A stretch of DNA of 64,000 nt from an uncultured Chloroflexia bacterium (GCA_963748625.1 CAVVJT010000006.1:61027-125026), one strand, 5' to 3'; counted from the stretch's first letter, positions 9,114 to 20,082 are shown. Made by a program: numbers and translations. The notes: generated by a model from the sequence alone, not told the origin.

Positions 9114-10415
9114 TCAGGCAGTGTGCGCCCGGGCATCACGTTCGTCCAACGCCGCGACCACTCGGTCGAGCAGCCGGTCGGCGACCTGGCGCTTGGTGAG
9201 CAGCGGCAGGTCGTCCCGGGACCCGTCCGCCGCCAGGATCACGACCCGGTTGGTGTCGGTGCCGAACCCGGAGCCGGGCTCCGCGACGTCGTTGGCCACG
9301 AGGAGGTCCGCGCCCTTGCGGCGGAGCTTGTCCGGTGCCCGGTCCAGGGACCCGGTCTCGGCGGCGAACCCGACGATGACGGGACGCGGGTCCAGCTCCC
9401 GGGCACGGGCCCCCACCTCGGCGAGGATGTCCTCCGTGGGCTCCAGCTCCAGGGTCAGGCCCCCGCCACGGGTGAGCTTCGTGTCCGCAGCGCGCCGCGG
9501 GCGGAAGTCGGCGACGGCGGCGGCCATCACCAGCACGTCGGCGGGGTGGTCGATCACGGCGTCGAGGACGGCGGTCCGCATCTCGGCCGTGGACTCGGCG
9601 CGGACGATGGCGGCACCGGCGGGCAGCGGGACCTCCAAGCGCCCGACCACGATCGTCACGCGTGCTCCGCGGGCGAGGGCGGCATCGGCGATCGCAACGC
9701 CCATCCTGCCGGTGCTGCGGTTGCCGATGAACCGGACGGGGTCGATGGCCTCGGCGGTCCCGCCGGCGCTGACGACGACGTGGCGGCCCTCGAGGTCCGG
9801 CTCGACCCAGGGCGCGGTGGCCGGCGGGCGCTCCGAGGCGTCGGGCTGGCGCACGGGCCTGCCCTCGACGGCCGCGACCAGCGCGTCCACGATCAGCGAC
9901 AGGTCCGCGAGCCGCCCGATGCCGGACTGGCCCGACGCGAGCGACCCGATCTCGGGCGGCACGATCCGGTAGCCGAAGTCCCGCTCCAGGCGCGCGACGT
10001 TGTCCTGCGTCGCCCGGTGCGTCCACATGTCGCCGTCCATGGCCGGCGCGACCACGACCGGGGCGGTCGTCGCCAGGCAGGCCGCCGTCACCGTGTCGTT
10101 CGCGATCCCGTTTGCCATCGAGCCCAGCCAGCGGGCCGTGGCGGGCGCGATCACCAGCGCATCGGCGGCGTCGGCGACCACGATGTGCCCGATCCGCTGG
10201 TCCGGAAGGAGCCCCAGGACGTCCGTCTCCACGGCGTGCCGCGAGAGCGCCGCGAACGTGAGCGGTCCGACGAACTGGGTCGCGGCCGGCGTGAGCATCA
10301 CGACGACGTCGGCACCTTCCGTGCGCAGCAGCCGCACCAGCTCCACGGACTTGTAGGCCGCGATCGACCCGCAGACGCCAAGGCCGATCAGCCGGCCCTC
10401 GAGCCGACCGCTCAC
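9114..10415 (-). CDS. coaBC: Bifunctional phosphopantothenoylcysteine decarboxylase/synthetase
   Basis: GVCGSIAAYKS, APAM, SAGGTAEAIDPVRFIGNRSTGRMG, AAAVADF, GFAAET; GTGA overlap with the coaX stop. Confidence 0.95.
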   Translation of the reverse strand: MSGRLEGRLIGLGVCGSIAAYKSVELVRLLRTEGADVVVMLTPAATQFVGPLTFAALSRHAVETDVLGLLPDQRIGHIVVADAADALVIAPATARWLGSMANGIANDTVTAACLATTAPVVVAPAMDGDMWTHRATQDNVARLERDFGYRIVPPEIGSLASGQSGIGRLADLSLIVDALVAAVEGRPVRQPDASERPPATAPWVEPDLEGRHVVVSAGGTAEAIDPVRFIGNRSTGRMGVAIADAALARGARVTIVVGRLEVPLPAGAAIVRAESTAEMRTAVLDAVIDHPADVLVMAAAVADFRPRRAADTKLTRGGGLTLELEPTEDILAEVGARARELDPRPVIVGFAAETGSLDRAPDKLRRKGADLLVANDVAEPGSGFGTDTNRVVILAADGSRDDLPLLTKRQVADRLLDRVVAALDERDARAHTA

Positions 10416-11221
10416 AGGGTGCCGACCAGCGGCTCGCCACCGGCGACCTCGGCGTAGAGGATCGCGAGGCCCTTGAGGGTGAGGTCGGGGTCGATGATCT
10501 CCACCCCCTCCACGTCGCCGGCCCACGGTTCGATCGAGAGGCCGCCCGTCAGGATTCCGCGAACCCCCTCGAGGCTCGTGCCGGTCTGCTCGGCGAGCTC
10601 GCGGCGGATCCGCGCCAGGAGCCCGGTCACGGCCGCCTGGTAGCCGAAGACCGTGCCGCTCTGCATCGCGCTCACGGTGTCGCGACCGATCGCGCGGTCG
10701 GGCGTGCGCAGCTCGATCCGCGGCAGCCGGGCGGTATTGGCGGCCAGGGCCTCGAGGCCCAGCTTCATGCCCGGGGCGATCGCCCCGCCCAGGAACGCGC
10801 CATCCACGCCGACGCAGTCGTAGGTCGTGGCCGTGCCCATGTCCACGACGACCGCGGGTGCGCCGTAGAGCCGCTGGGCGGCCAGCGCGTTGACGATCCG
10901 GTCCGGGCCCACCTCGCCGGGGCGGTCCACGCGGATGGCGATGGGGATCGTGCCGGGGGCGGCCACGAGGATCGGGATGCCGCGCCGGTTGGCGACGGCC
11001 TCCACCAGCGCGGTCTGCGACGGCACCACGGAGACGAGCACCGCCCCGCTCGCGCCGTCGAGGCTCCGGCCGTCGAGCGCGAGGAGGCCGTCCAGCAGCA
11101 GCTCGAGCTCATCCGCCGTGGTGGCGCGGTGCGTCCCGGCCCGGCGGGTTCCGACGATCGAGCCACCCTCCACGAGACCAAGCGTGATGTTCGTGTTGCC
11201 GATGTCGATGGCGAGCAGCAT
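10412..11221 (-). CDS. coaX: Type III pantothenate kinase
   Basis: MLLAIDIGNTN, VGPDRIVN, VVDMGTATT, GGAIAPG, TGG, LTLKGL. Confidence 0.95.
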   Translation of the reverse strand: MLLAIDIGNTNITLGLVEGGSIVGTRRAGTHRATTADELELLLDGLLALDGRSLDGASGAVLVSVVPSQTALVEAVANRRGIPILVAAPGTIPIAIRVDRPGEVGPDRIVNALAAQRLYGAPAVVVDMGTATTYDCVGVDGAFLGGAIAPGMKLGLEALAANTARLPRIELRTPDRAIGRDTVSAMQSGTVFGYQAAVTGLLARIRRELAEQTGTSLEGVRGILTGGLSIEPWAGDVEGVEIIDPDLTLKGLAILYAEVAGGEPLVGTL

Positions 11222-11450
11222 GCGACGATCATACGTGCGAGCTGCGCGCGGCGACCACGCTGTGCCGTACCGAGGTTCGCCTTGCCGGAGCGAAGACCGG
11301 TTGGACATGGCCCGGAGTCGCGGGACGCTGCGAACCACACCGTCCCGCAACCGGTCCGGTCCGTTAGCATTTGGGCCTGGTCGCAACGTCCCGGGATGGC
11401 GGAGCGGCGAGCCGCTGCCAGCCCCCCACAGCACGCACTGGGAGCCCATC

Positions 11451-11882
11451 GTGGCGAGCGAACCGCCCGCGAAGTTCTTCGTCAACCAGGGTGTCGTGAC
11501 CAGCCGGACCGACGTCCAGCACGTCCTGCGCCCGATCCTCAAGCAGACCGTCACCTACCGGTTCTACCGGGGACGGGATCTCGTCGCGCACGGGACCGGG
11601 TGGGTGGAGCGCATCGTTGCCGACGAGCCCGAGATGTCGACGTACTTCACGCCGATCTCGATCTCGGTCAACGTGGACTCCTTCGAGCACCTGGAGTTCG
11701 AGACCCGCCCCGACCAGCTCCTCGTGTACACCCTGGTCCAGGGCGACGAGCGGGTCGTCATCGAGTTCACGCCCGGTGCGGGTGGCGACGGAGAGGGACC
11801 CTCGGCGCCACGCCAGCTCGAGTTCGACATGGATGGCTTCGTGCAGATGGAGCTCACCGGCCTCGAGGGACCCGAGGAGTAG
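11451..11882 (+). CDS. Hypothetical protein
   Basis: GGAG upstream of GTG 11451; strong codon bias only from this point (VASEPPAKFFVNQG...). Confidence 0.7.
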   Translation: MASEPPAKFFVNQGVVTSRTDVQHVLRPILKQTVTYRFYRGRDLVAHGTGWVERIVADEPEMSTYFTPISISVNVDSFEHLEFETRPDQLLVYTLVQGDERVVIEFTPGAGGDGEGPSAPRQLEFDMDGFVQMELTGLEGPEE

Positions 11883-11936
11883 CGGGGGGACCGGAGAACC
11901 AGCGAGGGAGCCGTCCGCTCCGCCCACGACGCCGGG

Positions 11937-12905
11937 CTACCGACCTCGCTCGCCCCGAACGTACGGGATGCCGAGGGCGGCCGGCGCCCCGATCCGCTTG
12001 CGCATCGCCTCGCGCGACCCGACGACGAGCGCAATGAGCACGAGCGCGTAGGGGAGCATGTCGAGGAAGAACGTGTTCGGGTGGTACTGGTAGAACGGGT
12101 TCGCCAGGCCGAGGATCGTGGGCGGCAGCTGCATCGACAGCGTGAGCTGGACGACCGCGCCGAACAGGTAGGCGCCCGCCGCGGCCCGGAACGGCGACCA
12201 CTGGGCGAAGATGACGAGCCCGACGGCGATCCAGCCGCGCCCGTTCACGGTGAGCGAGCCGAACCAGCCCGGTTGGACGGCGAGCGTGATCGTCGCTCCG
12301 GCCAGGCCGGCCAGCATCCCGCCCGCGAACACGTACCGGTACCTGGTCGCGAACACGTTCACGCCCAGCGCGTCGGCGGCCGCCGGTTCCTCGCCCACCG
12401 ACCGCAGGTGGAGGCCCGGTCGCGTCCGGTTGATCCAGTACCAGGTTGCGGGCACCAGCAGGTAGCCGACGTAGACAAGGATGCTCTGCTCGGTGAACGC
12501 GATCCGACCGAGCACCGGGATCTCCGAGAGCAGCGGGATCGAGAAGCGGGGCAGGAGGGAGATCGCCCCCGCCTTGCTGAGCCCCTCCCCGAGCACGCGC
12601 GCCAGGCCGGTTCCGAGGAACGTGAGGGCCAGCCCGGAGACGACCTGGTCGGCGCGGAACGTGATCGTGATGATCGCGTGGAGGAGGCTGAGGAGCCCGC
12701 CCGCGAGCATCGCGGCCACGACGCCCAGCCACGGGTTGCCGGACGACACGGCGGTGGCATAGCCCACGACGGCGCCAAGGAGCATCATCCCTTCGACGCC
12801 CAGGTTGATGACCCCGGATCGCTCGGCGAGGATCTCGCCCACGGCCGCGAACAGGAGGATCGTCCCAACCGCGATCCCGGCCGCCGCGATCAGCTCGAGG
12901 TCCAC
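11937..12905 (-). CDS. Nucleoside/sugar ABC transporter permease (BPD_transp_2)
   Basis: GEILAERSGVINLGVEGMML, GLHLRSVGEEPAAADALGVNV, GRGWIAVGLVIF. Confidence 0.93.
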   Translation of the reverse strand: MDLELIAAAGIAVGTILLFAAVGEILAERSGVINLGVEGMMLLGAVVGYATAVSSGNPWLGVVAAMLAGGLLSLLHAIITITFRADQVVSGLALTFLGTGLARVLGEGLSKAGAISLLPRFSIPLLSEIPVLGRIAFTEQSILVYVGYLLVPATWYWINRTRPGLHLRSVGEEPAAADALGVNVFATRYRYVFAGGMLAGLAGATITLAVQPGWFGSLTVNGRGWIAVGLVIFAQWSPFRAAAGAYLFGAVVQLTLSMQLPPTILGLANPFYQYHPNTFFLDMLPYALVLIALVVGSREAMRKRIGAPAALGIPYVRGERGR

Positions 12906-12906
12906 G

Positions 12907-14044
12907 CTATCGCTCCACGCCGGCGACTGCGCCCGCAGACGACAGGCGGCGGACGATGCTGACCCGGTAGCGCAGGAAGACCTCGCTCGCGATCAGGCAG
13001 AACAGGATGATCCCCTGGATCATCGCCGGCACACCCGAGGGCTGGATCTCGCGGCCGGCGAGGATGAGCGCCCCGAACAGGATTGCGACCGGCACGACCC
13101 GCAGTGGGTGGAACTTCGCCAGGTAGGCGACGATGATCGCCGTGAAGCCGTAGCCGGGCGAGAAGTTGTCCTGGAGGCGGTGCACGACGCCCGAGACCTC
13201 CGTCATCCCCGCGATCCCCGCCAGGCCTCCGGACACGGCGAACACGAGCAGGATGTTCCGTGAGATCCGGATCCCGGCGTACTTCGCGGCTCGAGGGCTG
13301 TCGCCGATGAGCCGGATCTCGTAGCCCCACGCGCTGCGCTCGACGATGAGCCAGACCACCACCGCCGCCACGAGCGCGACGACGAACCCGCCATGGACCG
13401 TCAGACCGCTGAACGCGGGGTATGCGTCCGCGAGGTCGTCGAGGCGGGGGAGCCATGCCTCGACGGGGAACTGCGCCGTCATCTGGAACCCCCCCTCGGT
13501 CCATGGCCCGAACACCCAGTACTGGATCCAGGCGAGGGCGATGAAGTTGAGCATCAGGGTGGCGATGATCTCGTTGACACCAAAGCGCGCCTTGAGGATC
13601 CCCGGGATCAGGCCCCACGCGGCCCCGCCGAGGAAGCCCGCGACCAGCATGACCGGCAGGACCACGAACCCCGGCGTCCCGGCCGGCAGGAGTGGAGCCA
13701 GGACCACGGCGCTGGCCGCCCAGGCACCGAGGTGCAGCTGGCCTTCCGCACCGATGTTCCAGAGCCGCATCCGGAAGGCGAGGGCACAGGCGAGGCCGGT
13801 CAGGATGAGCGGGGTGGACTTGACGAGCGTGTCCGAGATGGCGCCGACGCTGCCCAGGGACGAGCCGACGATGTGGACGTAGACCCGGATCGGGTCGGCG
13901 CCCACGATGGCCAGGATGAGCCCCGAGATGACGAGCGCGACGATCAGGGCGCCCGCCGTCAGGGCCGGCGACAGCCAGCGCGACGTCTCGAGTCGCGGCT
14001 CGAGGCTCAGCGTGTACGGCAGGCCGCCACGACAGAATCGTCAT
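12907..14044 (-). CDS. Nucleoside/sugar ABC transporter permease; apparent 1-bp insertion just after the start
   Basis: LWNIGAEGQL, NEIIATLMLN, GYGFTAIIVA. The ATG overlapping the ATPase stop (14044) joins the LPYTLSLEPR... frame only if one base near 14034 is removed. Confidence 0.88.
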
Positions 14045-15621
14045 CCCGCGCCTCCGTCGGTCGCAGGCTCCGGCGCGTGGTCGCCGCTCGTGCCGCCCGT
14101 CATCAGCAGGCCGATCCGGGCGATATCGGTATCCGCGGCGTCGGTGATCCCGGCGATCCGTCCTTCGTACAGCACGGCAACCCGGTCCGAGAGCGCGAGG
14201 ATCTCGTCGAGATCCTCCGAGATGAGGAGGATCGCAGCGCCCGCGGCCCGCCGCTCGAGGAGCAGCCGGTGGGCCAGCTCGACCGCGCCCACGTCCAGCC
14301 CGCGGGTGGGCTGGACGGCGATCATCAGGCGCGGCTCGGACTCGATCTCGCGCGCCAGGATCAGGCGCTGGATGTTGCCCCCGGAGAGCAGGCGGGCCTG
14401 GGTCTCGATCGATGGAGCCACGATGTCGTAGCCGTCCTTCAGCTGGCTGGCGGCGGCCCGGGCCGCGCCCATGTCGATCGTCCAGCCGTGCCCGATTGGC
14501 GAGGCGCGGTAACGCTTCATGATCAGGTTGTCGACCAGCGACAGGTTCGGCGCGGTACCGACGCCGGTTCGGTCTTCGGGCACGTGCGCCACGCCGCGCT
14601 GGATCGCCTTGCGGACCGGCCGGTTGGCGATGTCCTCGCCACCGACCAGGACGCGACCACGGCACGGGCGCAGGCCGGTGATGACCTCGGCCAGCTCGCT
14701 CTGGCCGTTGCCCGCGACGGCTGCGATGCCGACGATCTCGCCGGCGCGGACCTCGAGCGAGACGCCGCGCAGGGCGGGCACTCCCTTGTCGCCGTCCGCC
14801 TCGACCTGCTCGAGGGCGAGCACGGTGTCGCCGGGGGGCATCGGCGTGCGCTCCAGGCTCTCGAGGATCTCGCGGCCGACCATCAGCGTGGCGAGCTGGG
14901 CCTGCGTGGCGCCCGCCGCAGGCAGCGACGCGGCCGTGACCTTCCCCCTGCGCATGACGGTGATCCGGTCCGCGATCGAGAGGACCTCGCCGAGCTTGTG
15001 GCTGATGAACACCACGCTGCGCCCTGCCGCCGTCATCGACCGCAGCGTCCGGAACAGGTCGTCGATCTCCTGCGGCGCCAGGACCGCCGTCGGCTCGTCC
15101 ATGATCAGGACCCGGGCGCCGCGATACAGCACCTTGAGGATCTCGACCCGCTGTCGCTCGCCGACGGACAGCTGCCAGACCCTCGCCCGCGGGTCGACGC
15201 TCAGGCCGTGCTCCTCCGCGAGGCGGCCGATCTCGGCGTCGTAGCGGCCGAGGTCGAGCCGGAAGCGTGGCTGGTCGAGGCCGATGATGACGTTCTCGGT
15301 GACGGTCATCGACGCGACCAGCGTGAAGTGCTGATGGACCATCCCGAGGCCGGCGGCGATCGCGTCCCGCGGGGAGCGGAACGCCATCGGCCGCCCGTCG
15401 ATGAGGATCTCCCCGGCATCGGGCTGGTACAGCCCGTCGAGGATGTTCATCAGCGTGCTCTTCCCGGCGCCGTTCTCGCCGAGGAGGGCATGGACCTCGC
15501 CGGTCGCGAGGGCGAAGTCGACGCCGTCGTTGGCGACGACGCCCGGGAACCGCTTGACGATGCCGCGGAGCTCGACGGCCGGCACCGGTCCGGCGACGGC
15601 CGTCGGTCGCTGCCCGCTCAC
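14041..15621 (-). CDS. Nucleoside/sugar ABC transporter ATP-binding protein (two NBDs)
   Basis: GENGAGKST, LSVGERQRVEI, MDEPT, ISHKL, LSGGNIQR, QPTRGLD. Confidence 0.95.
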   Translation of the reverse strand: MSGQRPTAVAGPVPAVELRGIVKRFPGVVANDGVDFALATGEVHALLGENGAGKSTLMNILDGLYQPDAGEILIDGRPMAFRSPRDAIAAGLGMVHQHFTLVASMTVTENVIIGLDQPRFRLDLGRYDAEIGRLAEEHGLSVDPRARVWQLSVGERQRVEILKVLYRGARVLIMDEPTAVLAPQEIDDLFRTLRSMTAAGRSVVFISHKLGEVLSIADRITVMRRGKVTAASLPAAGATQAQLATLMVGREILESLERTPMPPGDTVLALEQVEADGDKGVPALRGVSLEVRAGEIVGIAAVAGNGQSELAEVITGLRPCRGRVLVGGEDIANRPVRKAIQRGVAHVPEDRTGVGTAPNLSLVDNLIMKRYRASPIGHGWTIDMGAARAAASQLKDGYDIVAPSIETQARLLSGGNIQRLILAREIESEPRLMIAVQPTRGLDVGAVELAHRLLLERRAAGAAILLISEDLDEILALSDRVAVLYEGRIAGITDAADTDIARIGLLMTGGTSGDHAPEPATDGGAG

Positions 15622-15692
15622 CGGGGTGCGGTCAATGCCGGAGGGCGCCTGGTGCACGCGGTCGCACCCTCCGGCATCGAGGTTCCTTGCGC

Positions 15693-16955
15693 CTAGTTGC
15701 CGAGCTTCGGCAACTCGGCCGTGATGCCCTCGTTCCACCAGTACATGCAGGTTGTGCACTCGGAGCCGGGGGCGCCGGGCGGGAACTGGTCGAGGTCGGA
15801 CTGCTGGAGCTTCTTGCCTTCGGCGAGGAGGGTCTTGCCGGTGTTGTCCACGATCGGGCCGGGGAACACGATGTCGAACCGCCCGGTGCTGCTCTTGAGC
15901 ATCGTCGCGAGCGTGTCCTTCACCAGCTTCAGGTCGGCTTCCGGCAGGGTGGCCACGCCCTTGCGCAGCGTCTCGCCCTCCATGAAGCCCAGCAGGCCCA
16001 TGGCGCCGGCGTCGGCGTCGAAGTACTCGTAGCCGGCCTTATAGGTCTTGGCCTTGACCTGCTCCGCGATCCGGCTGTACTCCGGACCCCAGATCCAGTA
16101 CGGGGCGGTCAGACAGGCGTCCACCTTGCAGGAGGCCGGGTGGTCATACGTGATGCCCCACTTGCCCTTCTCCTGCGCGACGTCGGCGACGGCACCCGTG
16201 TCCGCGCCGGTGAAGACAACCTGGGCTCCGGCGTCGAACAGGGCGGTGGCGCCGGCCTTCTCCTTGATCGGGTCGTGCCAGGTGTTGATGAACACGACGT
16301 CCATCGTGCACTCGGGGCAGGTCTCCTTGACGCCGCGCATGATCGCGTTGCCCAAGCGGAGCTCCTCGGGGATCGGGAACGTGGCCATGTACCCGACCTT
16401 CGGGTTGCCGTCGGCCTTCGCGCGCGAGCCGGCGAGCATGCCGGCGAGGTACTTCATGGTCTCCATCGCGCCGAAGAAGTTGCCGAAGTTCTTGCCGTTG
16501 CTCTTGTACCCGGTCAGGTGGAGGAACGTCTGGTCGGGGAACTCGGTGGCGACGGTCTCCATCGGGTCCATGTACCCGAAGGACGTGCCGATGATGAAGT
16601 TGAAGCCCTTGCGCCCGAGCGACCGGAAGGTCTGCTCGGAGTCGGCACCCTCGGGCACGTTCTCGATGTACGCGATGTGGGTGTTGTCGACGTTCTCGCA
16701 CAGGTACTGGAGGCCCTCGTAGTGGGCCTGGCTCCAGCCGCCGTCGTCATGCGGTCCGATGAGGACCATGGCGACGTTGAACTTGCCCTCCACGGCCTCG
16801 GGGATCTGGGTGCCCGCCGCGGCACCCGCGACACAGCCCGTGGCCGACGAAGCCGCCTCCGACGCCGCCGGGCTCGAGGCTGCCTGTGAGCATCCACCGA
16901 GCACCAGCGATCCCGCCATCAGCAATGCCAGGACCCGCCCAGTTCGACCGACCAT
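15693..16955 (-). CDS. BMP family ABC substrate-binding lipoprotein (purine nucleoside type)
   Basis: Lipobox LGGC, GPHDDGGWSQAH, IIGTSFGYMD, YLAGMLAG, INTWHDP. Confidence 0.92.
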   Translation of the reverse strand: MVGRTGRVLALLMAGSLVLGGCSQAASSPAASEAASSATGCVAGAAAGTQIPEAVEGKFNVAMVLIGPHDDGGWSQAHYEGLQYLCENVDNTHIAYIENVPEGADSEQTFRSLGRKGFNFIIGTSFGYMDPMETVATEFPDQTFLHLTGYKSNGKNFGNFFGAMETMKYLAGMLAGSRAKADGNPKVGYMATFPIPEELRLGNAIMRGVKETCPECTMDVVFINTWHDPIKEKAGATALFDAGAQVVFTGADTGAVADVAQEKGKWGITYDHPASCKVDACLTAPYWIWGPEYSRIAEQVKAKTYKAGYEYFDADAGAMGLLGFMEGETLRKGVATLPEADLKLVKDTLATMLKSSTGRFDIVFPGPIVDNTGKTLLAEGKKLQQSDLDQFPPGAPGSECTTCMYWWNEGITAELPKLGN

Positions 16956-17163
16956 CGATAGCTCTCCTCACTCGCGGGACGCGGCTTGGCACACGCAGGA
17001 CCGCGCGACACGCCCCGCCGTCGGTCGTCGTGCTAGGCCGCCATCATAGGCTGCATCGGCGGCCGCGAAGTCACGCGCGCGTCGCCATCGGGATGCCGTG
17101 TGGTTGCGGCCCGACCGCGTCGTCTCCGCCCGGCCGACGGCGCTCGGGCTACCATCGCTCACG

Positions 17164-18432
17164 ATGTTCCAACGCACCGAGCTGCCCGCGGGGCCGCGCG
17201 TCATCTCCGCCCGTCTCCCGGGCTCCCGATCCGTCGCCGTCGCCGCGTACGTGCTGGCCGGGTCGCGCCTGGAGTCGACCTCGGAGGCCGGCGTCGCGCA
17301 CTTCATGGAGCACCTCACGTTCAAGGGCACGGCCCGCTACCCGTCGAGCCGGGCGATCAGCGAGGCGGTCGAGGGCGTGGGCGGGTCCGCGAACGCCGCG
17401 ACGGACCGCGAGTCCACCGTCTACTGGGCCCGCGTCCCGCGCCGCGAGGCCGCCAGGGCGATCGACGTCCTGGGCGAGCTCGTCGTGCGTCCCCGCCTGA
17501 CCGACGCCGACATCGACCAGGAGCGGACGGTCATCGTCGAGGAGATCCGCTCGTACCTCGACGACCCGGCCGAGTACTGCCAGATGCTGATCCAGACCGC
17601 CGTCTTCGGGGACGGGCCGCTGGGTCGCGAGATCTGCGGCGACGAGGCAGGGATCCGTTCCCTGCCGGCGGCCGCGATCCACGACTTCTGGGGCGCGCTG
17701 TACCGGCCGTCGAACACGGTCGTCGCCGTGGCGGGGGACCTCGAGCACGACGAGGTGGTGGACCTGGTTGCGGCGGCGTTCGGGTCCGGGGACGGGGTCG
17801 TGCCGACGGCACCGGCCGCGCCCGCGCTCCCGGCGGGACCGCGGGTGCTGACCGGCAAGCGCGACACCTCGCAGGCGCAGCTGTCGATCGCCCTGCCGGG
17901 CCTCGGCCGGGACCACGCGGACGCCTGGAACCTCGCGGTCCTCAACGCCGTGCTGGGCGACGGCATGTCGAGCCGCCTGTTCCTGGGCGTGCGCGAGGAG
18001 CTGGGGCTGGCCTACGACGTCTCGTCGGGCGTCGTGGAGTACGCCGACGCCGGTGCCATCGAGATCTCGGCCGGCGTGGACCCGGCGCAGCTGCCGGCGG
18101 CGATCGAGGCGATCCTGGCCGAGCTCGTGCGGCTGGTGGACGAGCCGGTTGCCGCCGAGGAGCTGGCGAAGGCGAAGGCGTACCTCTCGGGCGGCCTGGA
18201 GCTGCGGATGGACGACACGCGCCATCTCGCGTCGTGGATCGGCGGGCAGGAGGCGCTCCACGACCGCGTGTACACGCTGGACGATGCGCTCGCCGCCGTC
18301 GAGGCCGTGCGCTCCGAGGACATCCAGCGGCTCGCGGGCGTCCTGTTCCGGGACGATGCGCTGCGGATGGCGGTGGTGGCGCCGGGGCGCTACCTCCGCG
18401 GGCTGGATCGTCACCTGCGGCTCGCGCGATGA
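17164..18432 (+). CDS. M16 (pitrilysin) family zinc peptidase
   Basis: GVAHFMEHLTFKGT (HxxEH), ERTVIVEEI, LGDGMSSRLF..VREELGLAY. Confidence 0.95.
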   Translation: MFQRTELPAGPRVISARLPGSRSVAVAAYVLAGSRLESTSEAGVAHFMEHLTFKGTARYPSSRAISEAVEGVGGSANAATDRESTVYWARVPRREAARAIDVLGELVVRPRLTDADIDQERTVIVEEIRSYLDDPAEYCQMLIQTAVFGDGPLGREICGDEAGIRSLPAAAIHDFWGALYRPSNTVVAVAGDLEHDEVVDLVAAAFGSGDGVVPTAPAAPALPAGPRVLTGKRDTSQAQLSIALPGLGRDHADAWNLAVLNAVLGDGMSSRLFLGVREELGLAYDVSSGVVEYADAGAIEISAGVDPAQLPAAIEAILAELVRLVDEPVAAEELAKAKAYLSGGLELRMDDTRHLASWIGGQEALHDRVYTLDDALAAVEAVRSEDIQRLAGVLFRDDALRMAVVAPGRYLRGLDRHLRLAR

Positions 18433-19462
18433 GGGCGCGCAGCCGACGGCCGGACCCGGACGACGAGCTGGCGGCCGCTGACGAGGATCCGGTGGCAGTC
18501 GAAGGCTCGATCGAGGTCGTCGATCCGGTATCGGGCTGGACGAGCGGCCGAACGAGCCGCGACACCGAGCCCGTGGCCGACACCGAGCCCGTGGCCGACA
18601 CCGAGCCCGCTGGCCGACACCGAGGCCCGCGGCCGACACCGAGCCCGTGGCCGACACCGAGCCGCGCGGCCGACACCGAGCCCGGCCGACCGACGCAGCC
18701 GACGCGACGAGCGAGGAGCCCGGCCGACGAGCGATCTCGCTCCGCCTCGCGCGGCTGCACCTGCGCATGGGGCTGCTCGCGCTGGCACGCGCGGAGCTCG
18801 AGGCGAACGCCGGGCGTGGATCGCTCGATGAGCTCGCGCTGTTGGACCTCGCCGAGGCGCGCTGGCGCACCGGCGACCTCGCAGGCGCGGGCGAGGCGGC
18901 CAACGCGACCCTCGGCCGTGGCGCCGAGGATCCGCTGGCCTATGTGATCGCGGCCGAGGCCATCGCCGGGGTCGGGCGACCCGCCGAGGCGCGACGCCTG
19001 GCCGCCCGTGCGCTCGAAGGCGAGGGCCTGTCGCTCGATGAGGTCTTCGCCGGCATGCCGCGCAGCCTCATCTGGCCGGGCGACGCGCCGATCGATGACG
19101 ACGCCCCGCCCCTGGCCGGGCACCGGACACGGGCGGTCGACGACGACCAGTCGCCCGCCTCGGCCGCCGCGGCGGAGGCCTTCGCCGGTGGGCGCGCCGC
19201 GCTCGCCGCGGGGAACGTCGCGCTCGCGTCCCTGCGCCTCGGCGTGGCCATCCGCCTGGAGCCCAAGTTCGCCCAGGGCGTGCTGACCGCGATCGGCGGA
19301 CGGGCGTCGGAGCCGTACCTGGCGCTCGTCGCTGGCGATGCGCTGCGCCTGCTGGGCCGCGAGCATGAGGCCCTCGCGGCTTTCGACCGCGCCCGGGGCA
19401 AGGAGCCCACACCCGAACCGGTCGACGTCACGACGCTCTGGCCGGACGACGACGAGGTCTGA
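18429..19462 (+). CDS. TPR-like helical hypothetical protein with N-terminal DTEPVA repeats; frame disrupted within the repeat
   Basis: ATGA-coupled to the peptidase; N-terminal [14 protein letters not shown] and C-terminal [21 protein letters not shown]...[23 protein letters not shown] lie in different frames. Confidence 0.65.
18561..18687 (+). repeat. Coding minisatellite, 7 x ~18 bp GACACCGAGCCCGTGGCC
   Basis: Unit lengths read as 18, 18, 19, 19, 18, 19, 16. Confidence 0.9.
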
Positions 19463-19605
19463 CCGCGGCGGCGCCGGAGACGTCGGCAATGCGGCGCTCT
19501 CGCGTGCCAGCGGCGCGCCCGCGGTCGCGCTACCCTGTTCCTCCACCCGACCACCCCGCGATCCGGCGCGCCCGGCATCGCCCCAGATCCGAGGCTCAAG
19601 CTCCC

Positions 19606-20073
19606 ATGGCGGAACTCCAGCGCACCCTCCTCCTCGTCAAGCCCGACGGCGTCCAGCGCCAGCTCGTGGGCCGGGTCATCACCCGGTTCGAGGAGCGAGG
19701 CCTCAAGATCGTCGGCCTCAAGCTGGTCCAGGTCGACCGCGCGCTGGCCGAGCAGCACTACGCCGTCCACAGCGAGAAGCCGTTCTTCCGGGGGCTCGTG
19801 GACTTCATCACCTCGGGTCCGCTCGTGGCCGCCGCCCTCGAGGGCCCGAACGCCATCGCCATCGTCCGGGCCATGAACGGAGCAACGCGGCCGCACGAGG
19901 CCGCCCCGGGCTCGATCCGCGGCGACCTCGCCGTCGAGACCGCCCAGAACCTGGTCCATGCGTCGGACAGCCCCGAGAACGCCGCCGCGGAGCTCGCCCT
20001 GTGGTTCCGCCCCGAGGAGCTGATCAGCTACGAGCGGGAGATCGACCGCTGGGTGCTCGCCCCTGCGGAGTAG
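19606..20073 (+). CDS. ndk: Nucleoside diphosphate kinase
   Basis: [34 protein letters not shown]. Confidence 0.97.
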   Translation: MAELQRTLLLVKPDGVQRQLVGRVITRFEERGLKIVGLKLVQVDRALAEQHYAVHSEKPFFRGLVDFITSGPLVAAALEGPNAIAIVRAMNGATRPHEAAPGSIRGDLAVETAQNLVHASDSPENAAAELALWFRPEELISYEREIDRWVLAPAE

Positions 20074-20082
20074 ACGCAGCGG

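Noticed and set aside
16956-17060. Purine riboswitch upstream of the BMP nucleoside transporter
   Set aside because: The leader can form a GC hairpin but lacks the conserved purine-aptamer core sequences
18561-18687. 18-bp repeats as a CRISPR array
   Set aside because: Head-to-tail units with no spacers, inside a CDS, and no cas genes in the window
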